Below, piece by piece: positions 1 through 13,564 of a stretch of DNA of 64,000 nucleotides. The position numbers and the translations under genes were made by a program. Source of the stretch: the human T2T-CHM13v2.0 reference genome, Homo sapiens; the NCBI RefSeq assembly GCF_009914755.1, contig NC_060929.1. The stretch is one strand, 5' to 3'. The number at the start of each line of letters is the position of its first letter. Within the stretch, counting starts at the first letter, position 1. The notes beneath the pieces were generated by a model. It was not told the DNA's origin. It searched no databases and was given only the letters and a program-made list of their open reading frames with translations.

Positions 1-834
1 AAATAAGAAGACATCTTATGAGATCTGTCTCTACTGATACAAATGGTCCGACAGTAAAGTTTTCACACCATATATGCATCCACTGAAAGAAAATAATTTA
101 TGTGCTTATCAAATTTTAAATAGTTACACTTACTTTAATAACAAATACTCAATGTGAACATAAAGTATGCAACCGCATTAAGGAAAGAATAAGAAAAATA
201 AAACCGGCCCCTATAAAATGACTCTGTCCCCCAGCTGTGATCAAAACAAAATCTTGAGCCAACGTGACATTCTTTTTCTCTTTTCCAAAATATTTCATTA
301 AAGAGATTTAATTTTGTCTTTCAGGCAAACTGCCCTTGCTAAAGAATGGTTTTGTGATATGCTTGAATCCATATGGCTCATTCTCATTACGAAATGACTA
401 TGAAAAATAAGGGAAAAGAACAAACAGATTTCTTCTACAGAACTTATTGGAGGTGACAAAATAGGTTAAAATGGGGCTATTATAAGTGTTGAACTTATAT
501 TTCATGTCCTCCAAAAATCCAATGAAATTTGGACCTCTTTGGAAGGATACAGAACATTTTACAGAAAATGAGGACTCTGAGGAAATCAACTTCCATGGGT
601 AGTTCAAGAGGAGTGAGAACCTATCTATAGCACTCGGGATTTAGGTGAAAAATGAGGAAAAGTTTCCTGGCAATTAAGATTATTAAATGCATAAATTAGC
701 ATTATATGGTAAATTAAGATGACATAATGTTGATAGAGCTTGCTTCCTTGCAGTCATAGAGTTAACTTCTTGTTGGGGAGCTTGTTTTCACAATAGTAAT
801 AATTGTTGTTGCTGTTGTTGTTATATCAGCAATG

Positions 835-1060
835 ACAATTGAACAGGAACAGTGTAGCAGGCACTGTGCCTTGCCCTTTACCTGCATTCAGGGTGCTATT
901 ATTATACTCATTTTACAGTTGGAAAGAACTGAGTCTCTGAGAGGTTAAGTGACTTACCCAAGGTCACAAAGGCAGGCTGTCATTGGACCAGGAATTTATA
1001 CACAGGCAGCTTCCCTCCAGAATCAGCACACTGAACTATGCCATGCTCTACTGCCTCCTG
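835..1060 (-). mobile_element. MIR SINE remnant
   Basis: MIR core in reverse orientation: 'attatactcattttacagttggaaagaactgagtctctgagaggttaagtgacttacccaaggtcaca'; ends approximate. Confidence 0.8.
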
Positions 1061-3009
1061 GTAGATGTACATCATGACAAACCAGACTGGGACCCCAACA
1101 TCGGTTTGCTGTGTCAAATAGACTTAAAGGGAGGCTATAGTAAATATTGGGAAAGGCATTAAAGTATATGAAGATAATATCCAGTTAGCCAGGTAGTTGA
1201 AACATCTAATTTGCTCCTTGTCTGCTCAATGTGTCATCAGTCACCAGGCACAGCCCACCAACCTGAGATCTGATGTAGGCTGCCTCGGGGCTTCCATATG
1301 CCATCCACATGGCCCCAGCCATAGCAACACCAGCAACAATTTCATTCTGGAGACATTCTGACCCTCACTTTCCTTTGCACTAACCAACTGTGATCTGTCA
1401 ACAGGTAGCATGACTAGAACAACAAACACATCCTCCCTTTCCCAATTACGCAGAAACCAGATCACAAAATTGTTCATCAGAAGGTATCATCAAAAGAGCC
1501 TGGAACTGAGCTGATGCTAGGATTACCGTAACATAAATGCAGTGGATTGAATGTTTCCAGTATCCACCTAGATAAAATAAGACAACATATGGAAGGTCTG
1601 GCCAGTGTGCAGTACCCCAGAGGTACTCAGCAAATGCTGGTTCTGTCCTTTGCCCCCTCCTTAATCACATAATCCTCACGTATTTTATTTTACTTTGGAA
1701 AGTGAAAAGGATTGGTCCCTTTAGAAAGCCAGGGTATATCCCATTGTGAAGGAAACATATTGGAACTGGGAATGACAGGACAACAATGGAGATATTTATA
1801 AAGCGTCTTCACTTTATAAAAGGCAGCTCAATTCCACAAGAGAAACAGAAGGTGAGTACACAGTAATACTTAACACAAGATTACAGAAAAGATCTGAGAG
1901 CTAGCACAGAAATTTGATACCTATTATGAAACTGCCTTTTGCTGGAAGACACATTAACCACTGGAAGACACTGAATGCCTGGGCTTGACCAGACTATAAC
2001 CAGTAAGTTATTATAAACCGAAAATACCAAACTGACCAAAAGCCATGATAATGACACAGAACTGTTCACAGGAAGGTTAAAATAATTAAAGTGAAATGAT
2101 TAAAGTGGATTTGTATAACATTTTACCTCAGTCAAAAGATATATTACTTGCACTTAGAAGTTTCAAAGGGGATTCTTTGATTATGGGAGAAATTATTAAT
2201 TAATTCATGAATTATTTTCAATTATATTATCTTATAAAGTGTTACTGGAATAAGTGAGATGCCCTGTTTTTGTCAGCTATCCATTCAAGAAGCAAGTCTA
2301 ACATTGATGTTTCTGTGCACTAGTAAATCAGTAGAAGGCAGAAATCTATAAGGAATGAGTTCTCTCTAGTGAAGTGTTTTCAATGTTTTGAAATTCATGT
2401 CCTCCTTTCATATGTATCAAAATCTTATGCCTTCTTTTAGTATTAAAATTTATAACAAATTAAATATTTTTATTAACATTGAATCAGAGCAATGGAACAA
2501 AGTGCTGCTTGGTTTTCACACTGCACAATCTCTGCCCCCGTTATGACATGGGTGGTGGCAATAAAGGGCAGGGGGCAGGGGTAACAGCCCTGCTCACTTC
2601 CACTTAAAGAATCCCTGCTCAAGTACTTATTCTGAAATACTCTGCTTTTTGCATGAAAGAAATATTCTCTTTGACCAAACTTCAGAGTTCCAATCCCATT
2701 TGCTCTCACAGAATACCTAGGGTCTTAAAAAGAAGCCAAATTAAGGTACAAAGAGAAATATGTAACTCTTTTAGCTCAAAAATAATTAAATCTTAGGATT
2801 TGCATCTGCAAATTTTGCAAGATGTCTGCTAGTCATTTTAATTCTTGTGAAGCTTTTCTAACATCACTCATGTTTTACAAGTTGTTGGAACATTTTATAG
2901 GTTGTCATTTTCTGTCATCATGTGGATTTAAACTTTTTTCCCCTGGAAACACTCAACACACTTATGCCTCTTATGAGTTATCATCATTTGTTTGCTTGAG
3001 GTGAGAAAT

Positions 3010-3240
3010 CAACACGGTATTATGGAAGGTTCCAAAGGTTTTGGCAGTCAGATAAACCCACGCTCAAATCCTGAATCTGCTGCTATCTAGGTGACCTTGA
3101 TCACATCCTTACCTTTTCTGAACTTCAATTTCCACATCTGTAAAATGAGCTTAACAATTCCCTCCTTTGACAATGTTGTGAGAATTAAAAGAATGCAATT
3201 ACAGCCCCTTACACAAGGCCTGGCATGTAGTAGGTACTTA
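3010..3240 (+). mobile_element. MIR SINE remnant
   Basis: 'ctcaaatcctgaatctgctgct...gtgaccttg...aacttcaatttccacatctgtaaaatgag...gttgtgagaattaaa...cctggcatgtagtaggtact' follows the MIR consensus. Confidence 0.8.
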
Positions 3241-4171
3241 GCGAAATTCTTACGTACATACCAAGAGTGGGAAATATTTTGTTATTAACATTACAGTTTT
3301 TAGTACACACAATATTGGGTATTCCTTTAAGAAACAGAAGAGATTTTGGGTTTTTTAAATGAAAAGTACTATGTGTCTAGATTTAATGAAATTTGATCTC
3401 TACTATCATAATAGTGATCATTTTGAATGAAATTGAAATATTGTTACCTAGGCAATACCCAAAAGCTAATTCCCCAAGACAGAGTGAAAGGAGATGCAAA
3501 AATTACTTTGATAATTACCAATTTGTTTCCAAATGCTAGTTTTCTTGTCACATTATATAAATTAACCATACTATGCCTGCCACTGGTGTATCAAATCTTT
3601 GCATTTTCCAATATATCAACTAAAGTTAATTTAGAACAGTTATCTAATATTATCACGACACCACCAGCTTCAGGAAGTCTGATTTTTTCCATTTTAGCTC
3701 CTCTACACACATGGTTTGGTCTCTTGTTGGGAGTGGTGGAGCCTAATTCAGCATGAATTCTTTTTTTCATCCTGTCACCCACAGGCAGTCACATCCTGCT
3801 CTAGAGCAAGGCGAGAAACACCCCCTGAGGGAGCAAGGCTCTGGAATTCTCTCGCCACTCTATAAAGTACTAGAGACACACGAAGCATTATAAATGTGGG
3901 ATCCAATCATTTTAACCAGTGAGAAAAATTTAAGTGATAATGTTGAAACATGTTCCCATCAACCCAGATAAACTGCTATTAAGCCCATGTTAACATATAA
4001 CCAAAATGTCCAGAAGAAAAATGACAACTTCAATCATCTTGATATTTTACTATAGGAAAACCATTGTATTACAAAAACCAAAAAATATTATTTTTATTCT
4101 ACTGCATGCTAAGAAATAAAACCACGTGAGGGATGGGAAAATATGCTAACATTTGATTAAAACATTGTAGG

Positions 4172-4520
4172 AAAATTCAGACATATGCTGAACAACAGGG
4201 ATGAACCTTGGAGACATTATGTGAAGTGAAATAAGCCAGCCACAAAAAGACACTGGATGCATCCACTTACATGAGGTACTTAGAGTAGTTAAAACCATAG
4301 AAACAGAAAAGAGGTGGTTGCCAGAGGCTAGGGTAAGAAAGGAATGGGGAGGTATTTGTTTAATATAGAGTTTCAATTCTACAAGATGAAAAAGAGTTCG
4401 GGAGACAGATAGTGGTGATGGTCGCATGATAATATGAGCGTAATTAACACCAACAAACTACACTTAAAAGGATTGAGATAGTACATTTTATGTTATAAGC
4501 ATTTTATCATCATTTTTTAA
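4172..4520 (+). mobile_element. Old L1M (L1MB-like) 3' end fragment
   Basis: 'atgaaccttggagacattatgtgaagtgaaataagccag...atccacttacatgaggtacttagagtagttaaaaccatagaaacagaaaa...gtggttgccagaggc' is typical L1MB 3'UTR. Confidence 0.75.
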
Positions 4521-4584
4521 ATTGAGGACAAAAAACATTACAGGGAAATAAATATCAACCCAATTTCCCTTAGAATTCAGAATA

Positions 4585-4884
4585 GGCTGGTTGCAGTGAC
4601 TCACACCTGAAATTTCAGCACTTTGGGAGGCCAAGGGGGGTGGATCACTTGAGCCCAGGAGTTCAAGACTAGGCTGGACAACATGGCAAAACTCCGCCTC
4701 CACTAAAAATTAGCCAGGTATGGTGGCACATTCCTGCAGTACCAGCTACTCAGGAGGCTGAAGTGAAAGGATCATCTGAGCCCAGGAGGATGAGGCTGCA
4801 ATGAGCTGTGATCACACCACTCCACTCCAGCCTGGGCAGCAGAACGAGACTCTGTCTCAAAAAAAATTAATTAATTAATTAATT
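4585..4884 (+). mobile_element. AluJ element with (TTAA)n-converted tail
   Basis: Dimeric Alu with J-type features (gagcccaggag, gaggctgcaatgagc); TSD aattcagaata (4574-4584) / aattccgaata (4885-4895). Confidence 0.9.
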
Positions 4885-5307
4885 AATTCCGAATATGACA
4901 TACATGAAAGTTCCAAGCACAATACCTACTCAAATAATTGCTTAATAGATAATATTTGAATACCAACCTAAATTTATCTTCAACTTGTTATCCTATATTC
5001 AATGTATTAATTTATTTGATTGATTGATCTCAGAGCTATCTAAATAGTTTTCTTAATATTCTGGTAAGGATCTATGCATACTCTTTTATTTTTTAATAGT
5101 TTTTTTCCATAAGTTATTGGGGTGCAGGTGGTATTTGGTTATATGAGTAAGTTCTTCAATGGTGATTTGTGAGATTTTGGTGCACCTGTCACCTGAGCAG
5201 TATACACTGCACCCTATTTGTAGTATTTTATCCCTTATCCCCTCTCACTCTTCCCCCAAGTCCCCGAAGTCCCTTGTATTATTCTTATGCCTTTCCATCC
5301 TCATAGC

Positions 5308-5463
5308 TTAGCTCATACATATCAGTGAGAACATACGATGTTTGGTTTTCCATTCCTGAGTTACTTCACTTAGAATAATAGTCTCCAATCTCATCCAGGT
5401 CTCTGCAAATGCTGTTAATTCATTCCTTTTTATGGCTGAGTAGTATTCCATCATATAGATAGG

Positions 5464-5515
<52 letters not shown>

Positions 5516-8500
5516 GATAGAGATAGATAGATGATAGATAGATAGATAGATAGACAGATATATACACACACACACACCATAGTTTCTTTATCCACTCGTT
5601 GATTGATGGGCATTTGGGTTGGTTCCATGATTGTGCAATTGTGAATTGTGCTACTTAAACATGCATGTGCAAGTATCTTTTTTCAAATAATGACTTCTTT
5701 TCCTCTGGGTAGATACCCAGGAGTGGGATTGCTGGATCAAATGGTAGTTCTATTTTTAGTTCTTTAAGGAACCTCCACACTATTTTCCGTAGTGGCTGTA
5801 CATTCCCACCAGCAGTGTAGAAGTGCTCCCTCATCACCGCATCCACACCAACACCTACTGTTTTTTTATTTTTTTATTATGGCCATTCTTGCAGGAGTAA
5901 GGTGGTATCACATTGTGGTTTGGATTTGTATTCCCCTGATCATTAGTGATGTTGAGGATTTTTTCATGTTTGTTGGCCATTTGTATATCTTATTTTGAGA
6001 ATTTTCTATTCGTGTCCTTAGCCCACTTTTTGATAGAATTGTTTGATTTTTTCTTACTGATTTGAGTTTGTTATAGATTCTGGATATTAGTCCCTTGTCA
6101 AATGTATAAATTGTGAAGATTTTCTCCCACTCTGTGGGTTGTCTGTTTACTCTTTTGACTGTTGCTTTTGCTGTGCAAAAGCTCTTTAGTTTAATTAAAT
6201 CCCAACTATTTATCTTTGTTTTTATTGCATTTGCTTTTGGGTTCTTGGTCATGAAACCCTTGCCTCAGCCAATGTCTAGAAGGGTTTTTCCAATGTTATC
6301 TTCTAGAATTTTTACAGTTGCAGGTTTTAGGTTTAAGTCCTTAATCCATCTTGAGTTGATTTTTGTATAAGGTGAGAGATAAAGATCCAGTTTCATTCTC
6401 CTACATGTGGCTAGCCAATTATCCCAGCACCATTTGTTGAAAAGTGTGTCCTTTCCCCACTTTATATTTTTGTTTGCTTTGTCGAAGATCAGTTGTCTGT
6501 AAGTATTTGGGTTTATTTCTGGGTTCTCTATTCTGTTCCATTGGTCTATGTGCCTATTTTTATACCAGTACCACGCTGTTTTGGTGAGTATTGCCTTATA
6601 GTATAGTTTGAAATCAGGTAGCATGATGCCTCCATATTTGTTCTTTTTGCTTAATCTCACTTTGGCTATGCAGGCTCTTGTTTGGTTTCATATGAATTTT
6701 AGAACTGTTTTTTCTAATTCTGTGAAGAATGATGGTGGTATTTTGATGGGGATTGCATAGATTGCTTTTGGCAGTATGGCCATTTTCAGAATATTGATTC
6801 GATCCATCCATGAGCATGGGATGTGTTTCCACTTGTTTGTGTCGTCTGATTTCTTTCAGCAGTAGTTTGTAGTTTTCCTTGCAGAGGTCTTTCGACTCAT
6901 TGGTTAGGTATATTCCTAAATATTTTATTTATTTATTTATTTATTGCAGCTATTGTAAAGGGGTTGAGTCCTTGATTTGATTCTCCTCTTGGTTGCTGTT
7001 GGTGTATAGAAGAGCTACCAATCTGTGCACATTAATCTTGTATCCAGAAACTTTGCTGAATTCTTTTATCAATTCTAAGAGCTTTCTGGAGGAGTCTTCA
7101 GGGTTTTCAAGGTAAACGATCATATCGTCAGCAAACAGTGACAGTTTGACTTCCTTTTTACCAATTTGAATGCCCTCTATTTCTTTCTCTTGTCTGATTG
7201 CTCTGGCTAGGATTTCCAGTACTATGTTGAAGAGGAGTGTTGAGAGTGGGCATCCTTGTCTTGGTCCAGTTCTCAGAGGAAATGCTTTCCATTTTTCCCC
7301 ATTCAGTATTATGTTGGTAATGGGTTTGTCATAAATGGTTTTTATTACATTGAGGTATGTCCCTTGTATGCTGATTTTGCTGAGAGTTTTAATCATAAAG
7401 CGATGCTGAATTTTGTCAAATGCTATTTCTGTATCTATTGAGATGATCACGTGATTTTTGTTTTTAATTCTGTTTATGTGGTATATCACATTTATTGACT
7501 TGTGTATATTAAACCATCCCTGCATCCCTGGTATGAAACCCAGTTGATCATGGTGGATTCTCTTTTTGATATGTTGTTGGATTCAGTTAGCTAGGATTTT
7601 GTTAAGTATTTTAGCATCTATGTTCATCAAGGATATCAGTCTGTAGTTTTCTTTTTTGGTTATGTCTTTTCCTGGTTTTGGTATTAGGGTGATGGTGGCT
7701 TTATAGAATGAATTAGGGAAGATTCCTTCTGTATCTTGTGGAATAGTGTCAAAAGGATGGGTATCAAGTCTTCTTTGAATGTCTGGTAGAATTCTGCTGT
7801 GAATCCATCTGGTCCTGGACTTTTTTTGTTTGCAATTTTTTTAAATTACCATTTAAATCTCACTGCTTGTTGTTGATCTGTTCAGGGTATCTAATTCTTC
7901 CTGATTTAAGCTAAGAGGGTCATATTTTTCCAGGAATGTATCCATCTCTTCCAGGTTTTCTAGTTTATGTGCGTAAAGGTGTTCATAGTAGCCTTGAATG
8001 ATCATTTGTATTTCAGTGGTGTCAGTTGGAATATCTCCTGTTTTGTTTCTTATGAGGTTATTTGGACTTTCTCTCTTCTTTCCTTGGTTAATCTTGCTAA
8101 CGGTCTATCAATTTTACTTATCTTTTCAAAGAACAAGATTTTTGTTTCATTTCTCTTTTGTAATTTTTTTGTTTCAATTTCATTTAGTTCTGCTCTGATA
8201 TTGGTTATTTCCTTTCTTCTACTGGGTTTGGGTTTGGTTTGTTCTTGTTTCTCTAGTTCCTTGAGATGTGACCTTAGAGTGTCAGCTTGTGCTCTTTCAG
8301 TCTTTTTGATGTAGGCATTGAGGGATATGAACTTAGCTCTTAGCACCACATTTGCCGTATCCCAGAGGTTTTGATAGATTGTGTCTTTATTGTCACTCAG
8401 TTCAAAGAATTTTTTAATTTCCATCTTGATTTCGTTTTTGACCCAATGCTCATTAAGGAGCAGGTTATTTAATTTCCATGTATTTGCATGGTTTTGAAGG

Positions 8501-9212
8501 TTCCTTTTGGAGTTGGTTTCCAGTTTTATTCCACTGTGGTCTGAGAGAGTGCTTGATATAATTTCAATTTTCTTAAATTTATGGCCTATCATAGGGTCTG
8601 TCTTGGAGAAAATTCCATGTGCTGTTTAATAGAATGTGTATTCTGCAGTTGTTGAAGGAAATGTTCTGTATATATATGTTAAGTCCATTTGTTCCAAGGT
8701 ATAGTTTAAATCCATTGTTTCTTTGTTGACTTCTGTCTTGATGACCTGTCTAGCACTGTCAGTGGAGTATTGAAGTTCCCCACTATTATTATGTTGCTGT
8801 CTATCTCATTTCCTAGGTCTGTCAGTAATTGTTTTATAAATTTGAGAACTCCAATGTTAGGTGCATATATGTTTAGGATTGTGATATTTTCCTGTTGGAC
8901 AAGGCCTTTTACCATTATATAATGTCCCTCTTTGTCTATTTTAACTGCTGTAGCTTTAAAGTTTGTTTTGTCTGATATAGGAATAGCTACCTCTGCTTGC
9001 TTTTGGTGTCCATTTGTATGAAATGCCTTTTCCCACCCCTTTACTTTAAGTTTATGTGAGTCGTTATGTGTTAGGTGGGTCTGCTGAAGGCAGCAGATAG
9101 TAGGTTGGTGAGTTCTTACCCATTCTGCAGTTCTGTATCTTTTAAGTGGAGCGTTTAGGCCATTTACATTCAATGCTATTAGCATTGAGATATGAGGTAC
9201 CATTGCGTTCAT
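5308..9212 (-). pseudogene. Disrupted L1 ORF2 (endonuclease / reverse transcriptase)
   Basis: ORF fragments: endonuclease N-terminus ([28 protein letters not shown]), RT core ([16 protein letters not shown]), C-terminal ENPEI/WEKIF segments; split by stops and frameshifts. Confidence 0.92.
5456..5577 (+). repeat. Compound (GATA)n microsatellite plus short (CA)n inside the L1 3' region
   Basis: tagataggtagatagatag... interrupted by gagata and gat units, then (ca)n. Confidence 0.95.
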
Positions 9213-9279
9213 TGTGCTCTTTGTTGCCTGCATACTTTGGTTTTTTTGTTGTTTGTTTTTGTTTTTTAACTTGTATTTT

Positions 9280-10296
9280 GATTTATAGGTCCTGTGTGAT
9301 TTATGCTTTAAAAAGATTCTGTTTTGATGTGTTTCCAGGATTTGTTTCAAGATTTAGACCTCCTTTTAGCAGTTCTTGAAGTGGTGGCTTGGTAGTGGCG
9401 AATTCTCTCAGCATTGGTCTGAAAAAGACTGTATCTTTCTTTCACATATGATGCTCAGTTTCACTGGATACAAAATTGTTAGCTGATAATTGTTTTGTTT
9501 GAGGAGGCTGAAGATAGTGCCCTGATCCCTTCTAGCTTGCAGGGTTTCTGTTGAGAAATCTGCTGTTAATCTGATAGGTTTTCTTTTATAGGTTACCTGG
9601 TGCTTTTGTCTCACACTCTTAAGATTCTTTCCTTCACCTTAACTTTGGATAACCTAATGACAATGTGCCTAGGCAAGGATATTTCTGTGATGAATTTCCC
9701 AGGTATTCTTTGTGCTTCTTGTATTTGGATGTGTAGGTCTCTAGCAAGGCTGGGGAAGTTTTCCTCAATTATTCTTCTATTTAGAATTCTCTTCTTCCTC
9801 AAGAACACTGATAATTCTTCGGTTTGGTCGTTTAACATAATCTCAGACTTCTTGGAGGCTTTGTTCATATTTTCTTATTCTTTTTTCTTTGTCTTTGTTA
9901 GATGGGGTTAATTTGAAGACTTTGTCTTTGAGCTTTGAATTTCTTTCTTCTACTTGTTCAATTCTATTGCTGAGACTTTCCAGGGCATTTTGCATTTCTA
10001 TAAGTGTGTCCAATGTTTCCTGAATTTTTTATTGTTTTTTCTTTAATTTCTATTTCCTTGAATATTTCTTCCTTAACTTCTGGTATCATTTTTTGGATTT
10101 CCTTGCACTGGGTTTCGCGTTTCTCTGGTGCCTCCCTGATTAGCTTCGTAACTAACCTCCTGAATTCTTTTTCAGGTAAATCAGGGATTTCTTCTTGGTT
10201 TGGATCCATTGCTGGTGAACTAGTGTGATTTTTTGGAAGTGTTAAAGAGCCTTGTTTTGTCATATTACCAGAGTTGGTTTTCTGATTCCTTCTCAT
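9280..10296 (-). pseudogene. Disrupted L1 ORF1
   Basis: ATG at 10296 gives MRRNQKTNSGNMTKQGS; later fragments IIEENFPSLARD, PRHIVIRLSK, PIRLTADFSTETLQARR; distal end approximate. Confidence 0.9.
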
Positions 10297-11762
10297 TTGG
10301 GTAGGCTCTCTCAGAGGGAAGGTCTAGGGCTGAAGGCTGTTGTTCAGATTCTTTTGTCCCATGGGGTGTTCCCTTGATGTAGTACTCTCACCCTTTTCCT
10401 ATGGATGTGGTTTCATGTGAGCCAAACTGCAGTGACTGTTGTCTGTCTTCTGGGTCTAGCCACCCAGTAAGTCTACCCAGCTCCAGGCTGCTACTGAGGG
10501 TTGTCTGCACAGAGCCCTGTGGTGTGAACCATCTGTGGGCCTCTCAGCCATGGATACCAGCACCTGTTCCAGTGGAGGTGACAGGGGTGTACAATGGATT
10601 CTATGAGCGTTCTTAGCTTTGGTGGTTTAATGCTCTATTTTTGTGCTGGTTGGTCTCCTGCTGTGAGGTGGTGCTTTCCAGGGAGTATCAGCTACGGTAG
10701 TTTAGGGAGGAATCAGCAGTGGGCAGGGCCCTAGAACTCCCAAGATTATATGCCCTTTGTCTTCAACTACCAGAGTGGGTAGGGAAAGGCCATCAGATGG
10801 GGACAGGGCTAGGCATGTCTGAGCTCAGAATCTCCTTGGGCGGGTCTTGCAGCAGTGGCTATGGCGGATGGGGGTGAGATTCGCTGGTCACTGAAGTTGT
10901 GTACCTAAGAGGATAATGGCTGCCTCTGCTGACTCATACAGGTTGTCAGGGAAGTGGGGAAAAGCTGGCAGTCACAGGCCTCACCCAGCTCCCATGCAAA
11001 CTGAAGGGCTGGTCTCACTCCCACCATGCCCCCCACAACAGACCCTGAGTCTGTTTCCAGGTTGTGGGTGAGGCAGGCGAGTACGCCTCCCAGCTGCAAA
11101 AGTAAAGGGCTTGGTTCTTCCTCTGCCAGTGGAGTCTGCACAACAGTTCTGTGCCCTCCCCTGAGTTCTGGCCAGGAAGCTTCTCACCCTGTTCAAATTG
11201 TTACAAAATTTAGCTGAAGATTACCTTTTCCCTGTGGTGTTCCCCAACACCTCCCACTCTTCTGGCCACCCTCCCAATGGATCCCTGTGGTGCTGGGCAA
11301 GAATGGCCTGCTAGGGGACTGAGTCAGCTCCCAAGGCCTTTCCGCTGCTTCCTCTACCCCTGCTCAGCTCTCTAAATTGACTCAGCTTCAGGTAAAGTCA
11401 GAAACTTCTCCCACAAACAGACCTTCAGTTTCTCCAGTGGAGCTGTGTGTTCAGTACAGGAGGCTCTCCCTTTCCCAATTCTGCAGTTGGGGCACTCCCA
11501 GTATTTGGGGTGTCTCCCGGGTTCTACAGGAGCAGTCTGCTTCCTTCAGAGGGTCTGTGGGTCCTCTCGGGATTCCTGATTTGTTCTTGAAATTGATCTG
11601 GAGCTAAAATTCCATATTCTTTTACTCTGAAAAGAAAAGAACTCTCAGAGCAGGAATACATTGAACTTTTCACATTTCAGTATAAACCAGTAACAGATAT
11701 GCTATTTCTTATGAATGTTCATGAAGCCAGAAATGTACTGGGTGCATTAAACTCAATCTCAG

Positions 11763-12286
11763 TGTCACCAGCAAACTGACTTCATTCCCCACTCTGTTGG
11801 TCACAAAGAAAAAAGACAATCAGGTTTTATTCACTGGCCTGGAATGGAGAAGGAGAGACTCTTGCTCTAAATGGCGCTTCTCCCTGAACAATAGAGGGCA
11901 TGGGGTTTTTAAGAATTGAGTATCATGAGGAGGAGGAATGTTAGCATGTGCAGGATGGGACTCCAGATATGCAGGCTCAATTCATAAATGTATGTCTTCA
12001 TACAACCCCGGTACATAAAATAGCAGAAATTTTCTTTAAGGGAAAGGAATGTTCGTGTTATAATGATATGTTAATGATCTAAAGGCTACTAGGGGTCATC
12101 TGTTCCAGTTTGTGCCAGTTTGGGGGTCTTATCTCCTCTGGTATCTGATCAAGAGTCAAGAAGCTCTGGCACCATCCCAGGCCATCTGGTTTCTTTAAGC
12201 AGCTATGCCTATAAATAAAAGGACTAAAGAAAAACAGTAAGAAAGAGAACTTTCTCAGTTATTTCATCAGGGCTGCTCTGGTAACA
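11763..12286 (-). mobile_element. Solo LTR, ERV1-type (family not assigned)
   Basis: 524 bp bounded by TG...CA (tgtcacc...gtaaca) with 4-bp TSD tcag on both sides; reverse-strand AATAAA near 11826-11831. Confidence 0.75.
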
Positions 12287-12578
12287 TCAGCACAGTGCTG
12301 CATCCAAAATAAAAATCTAAGTATGTAAACCATTAAAAAATAATGTTAGTTTTTACTGAAGGTCTCTGGATTTAGTAGTATAAGGGAATTGCATTGCGTA
12401 ACATGCAGCCAGGCTCACTTCCTTAATCTTAACATATCTCAAAGTTACTGATAAAGGCAGTTGTCCTCTCCCCTCCTTTCTCTCCATAAATTCTTCCATA
12501 CTACCTCCTAATTGCACCCCATACTAATTCTCTTTACCTCTTTACTTCTCTTTCCCCTTCATTACTCTCTTCAGAAGG

Positions 12579-12952
12579 TGATATGGTTTGGCTCTGTGTC
12601 CCCACCCAAATCTCACCTTGAATTGTAATGCCCATAATCCCCACATGTCAAGGGCAGGACCACGTGGATGTAATTGAATCATGAAGGCAGTTTCCCCCAC
12701 ACTGCTCTCGTAATAATAAGTGAGTCTCAGGAGATCTGATGGTTTTATAAGGGTCTGGTATTTCCCCTGCTTGCATTTCTCTCTCCTGCCACTATGTGAA
12801 GAAGGACGTGTCTGCCTCCCCTTCCACCGTGATTGTAAGCTTCCTGAGGCCTCCCCAGCCATGTGGAACTGTGTGTCAATTAAACCTCTTTTCTTTATAA
12901 ATTACCCACTCTTGGGTATTTCTCCATAGCAGCATGAGAATGGACTAATACA
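12579..12952 (+). mobile_element. THE1 (MaLR) solo LTR, THE1C/D-like
   Basis: Starts tgatatggtttggctctgtgtccccacccaaatctc, ends gaatggactaataca; 5-bp TSD gaagg on both sides. Confidence 0.93.
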
Positions 12953-12989
12953 GAAGGGAAAGAAAGACAAAGGTTTGCATATAATGATC

Positions 12990-13290
12990 TGTGTACCCTC
13001 CTCTGAAATCTTTGGAGCCAAACATATTCAGAACTAGTAATTTTTTCAATTTTGTGGTTAATATAATGCATATAATGCATATTATATTCAAGGTTTGGAG
13101 AAGCACTCTGAAATCAAACACATTAATATTTGTGTAGTAAAACATGAATATTCATATGAGCTCATAAATATATGAGATAAGTAAATATTACACATGGACT
13201 ATACAAGCTCAGGTCAGGTTTTATACCAAATGAATTAGCCAGAAAAGAAAATAACTTTTTGTTTTCACAGCTTTGGGGATTTCAAATTTT
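12990..13290. mobile_element. TcMar-Tigger MITE remnant (MER46-like)
   Basis: 'gtaccctcctctgaaatctttggagccaaacatattcagaa...ttttttcaattttg' resembles a MER46-type end; highly decayed. Confidence 0.45.
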
Positions 13291-13376
13291 CTATACTTCT
13301 AAATTAATATTTTTTCTGTTATTCCCATCACACTTTACTAATAGTCAAGCAAACTTATTAAGAATGATGGAACCAG

Positions 13377-13530
13377 GGCTGGGTGTGGTAGGTCACATCT
13401 GTAATCCTAGCACTTTGAGAGGCCAATGCGGGTGGCTTACTTGAGCCCAGGAGTTTGAGACCAGCCTGGGAAACATAGCAAGACCCCAGACCCCATCTCT
13501 ATTAAAAGAAATGAAAAAAAGAAAAAAAAA
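13377..13530 (+). mobile_element. Free left Alu monomer (FLAM)
   Basis: Single left arm plus A tail; perfect 17-bp TSD aagaatgatggaaccag (13360-13376 / 13531-13547). Confidence 0.9.
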
Positions 13531-13564
13531 AAGAATGATGGAACCAGGCTGTCAACAGGATGGG

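Larger units (their letters stand above)
5089..11612 (-). mobile_element. Near full-length LINE-1, L1PB-like, inactive
   Basis: Continuous 3'UTR, ORF2, ORF1 and 5'UTR on the minus strand; 3'UTR 'ggtgatttgtgagattttggtgcacc...cctgagcagtatacactg' is L1PB-type; TSD catactctttta (5077-5088) / catattctttta (11613-11624). Confidence 0.93.

Noticed and set aside
5308-10296. Reverse transcriptase/endonuclease ORFs as a novel retroelement or RT-based system
   Set aside because: Standard LINE-1 ORF1/ORF2 fragments with many stops and frameshifts
13144-13166. Adjacent palindromes atgaatattcat / tatgagctcata
   Set aside because: AT-rich and inside a decayed DNA transposon; compatible with chance
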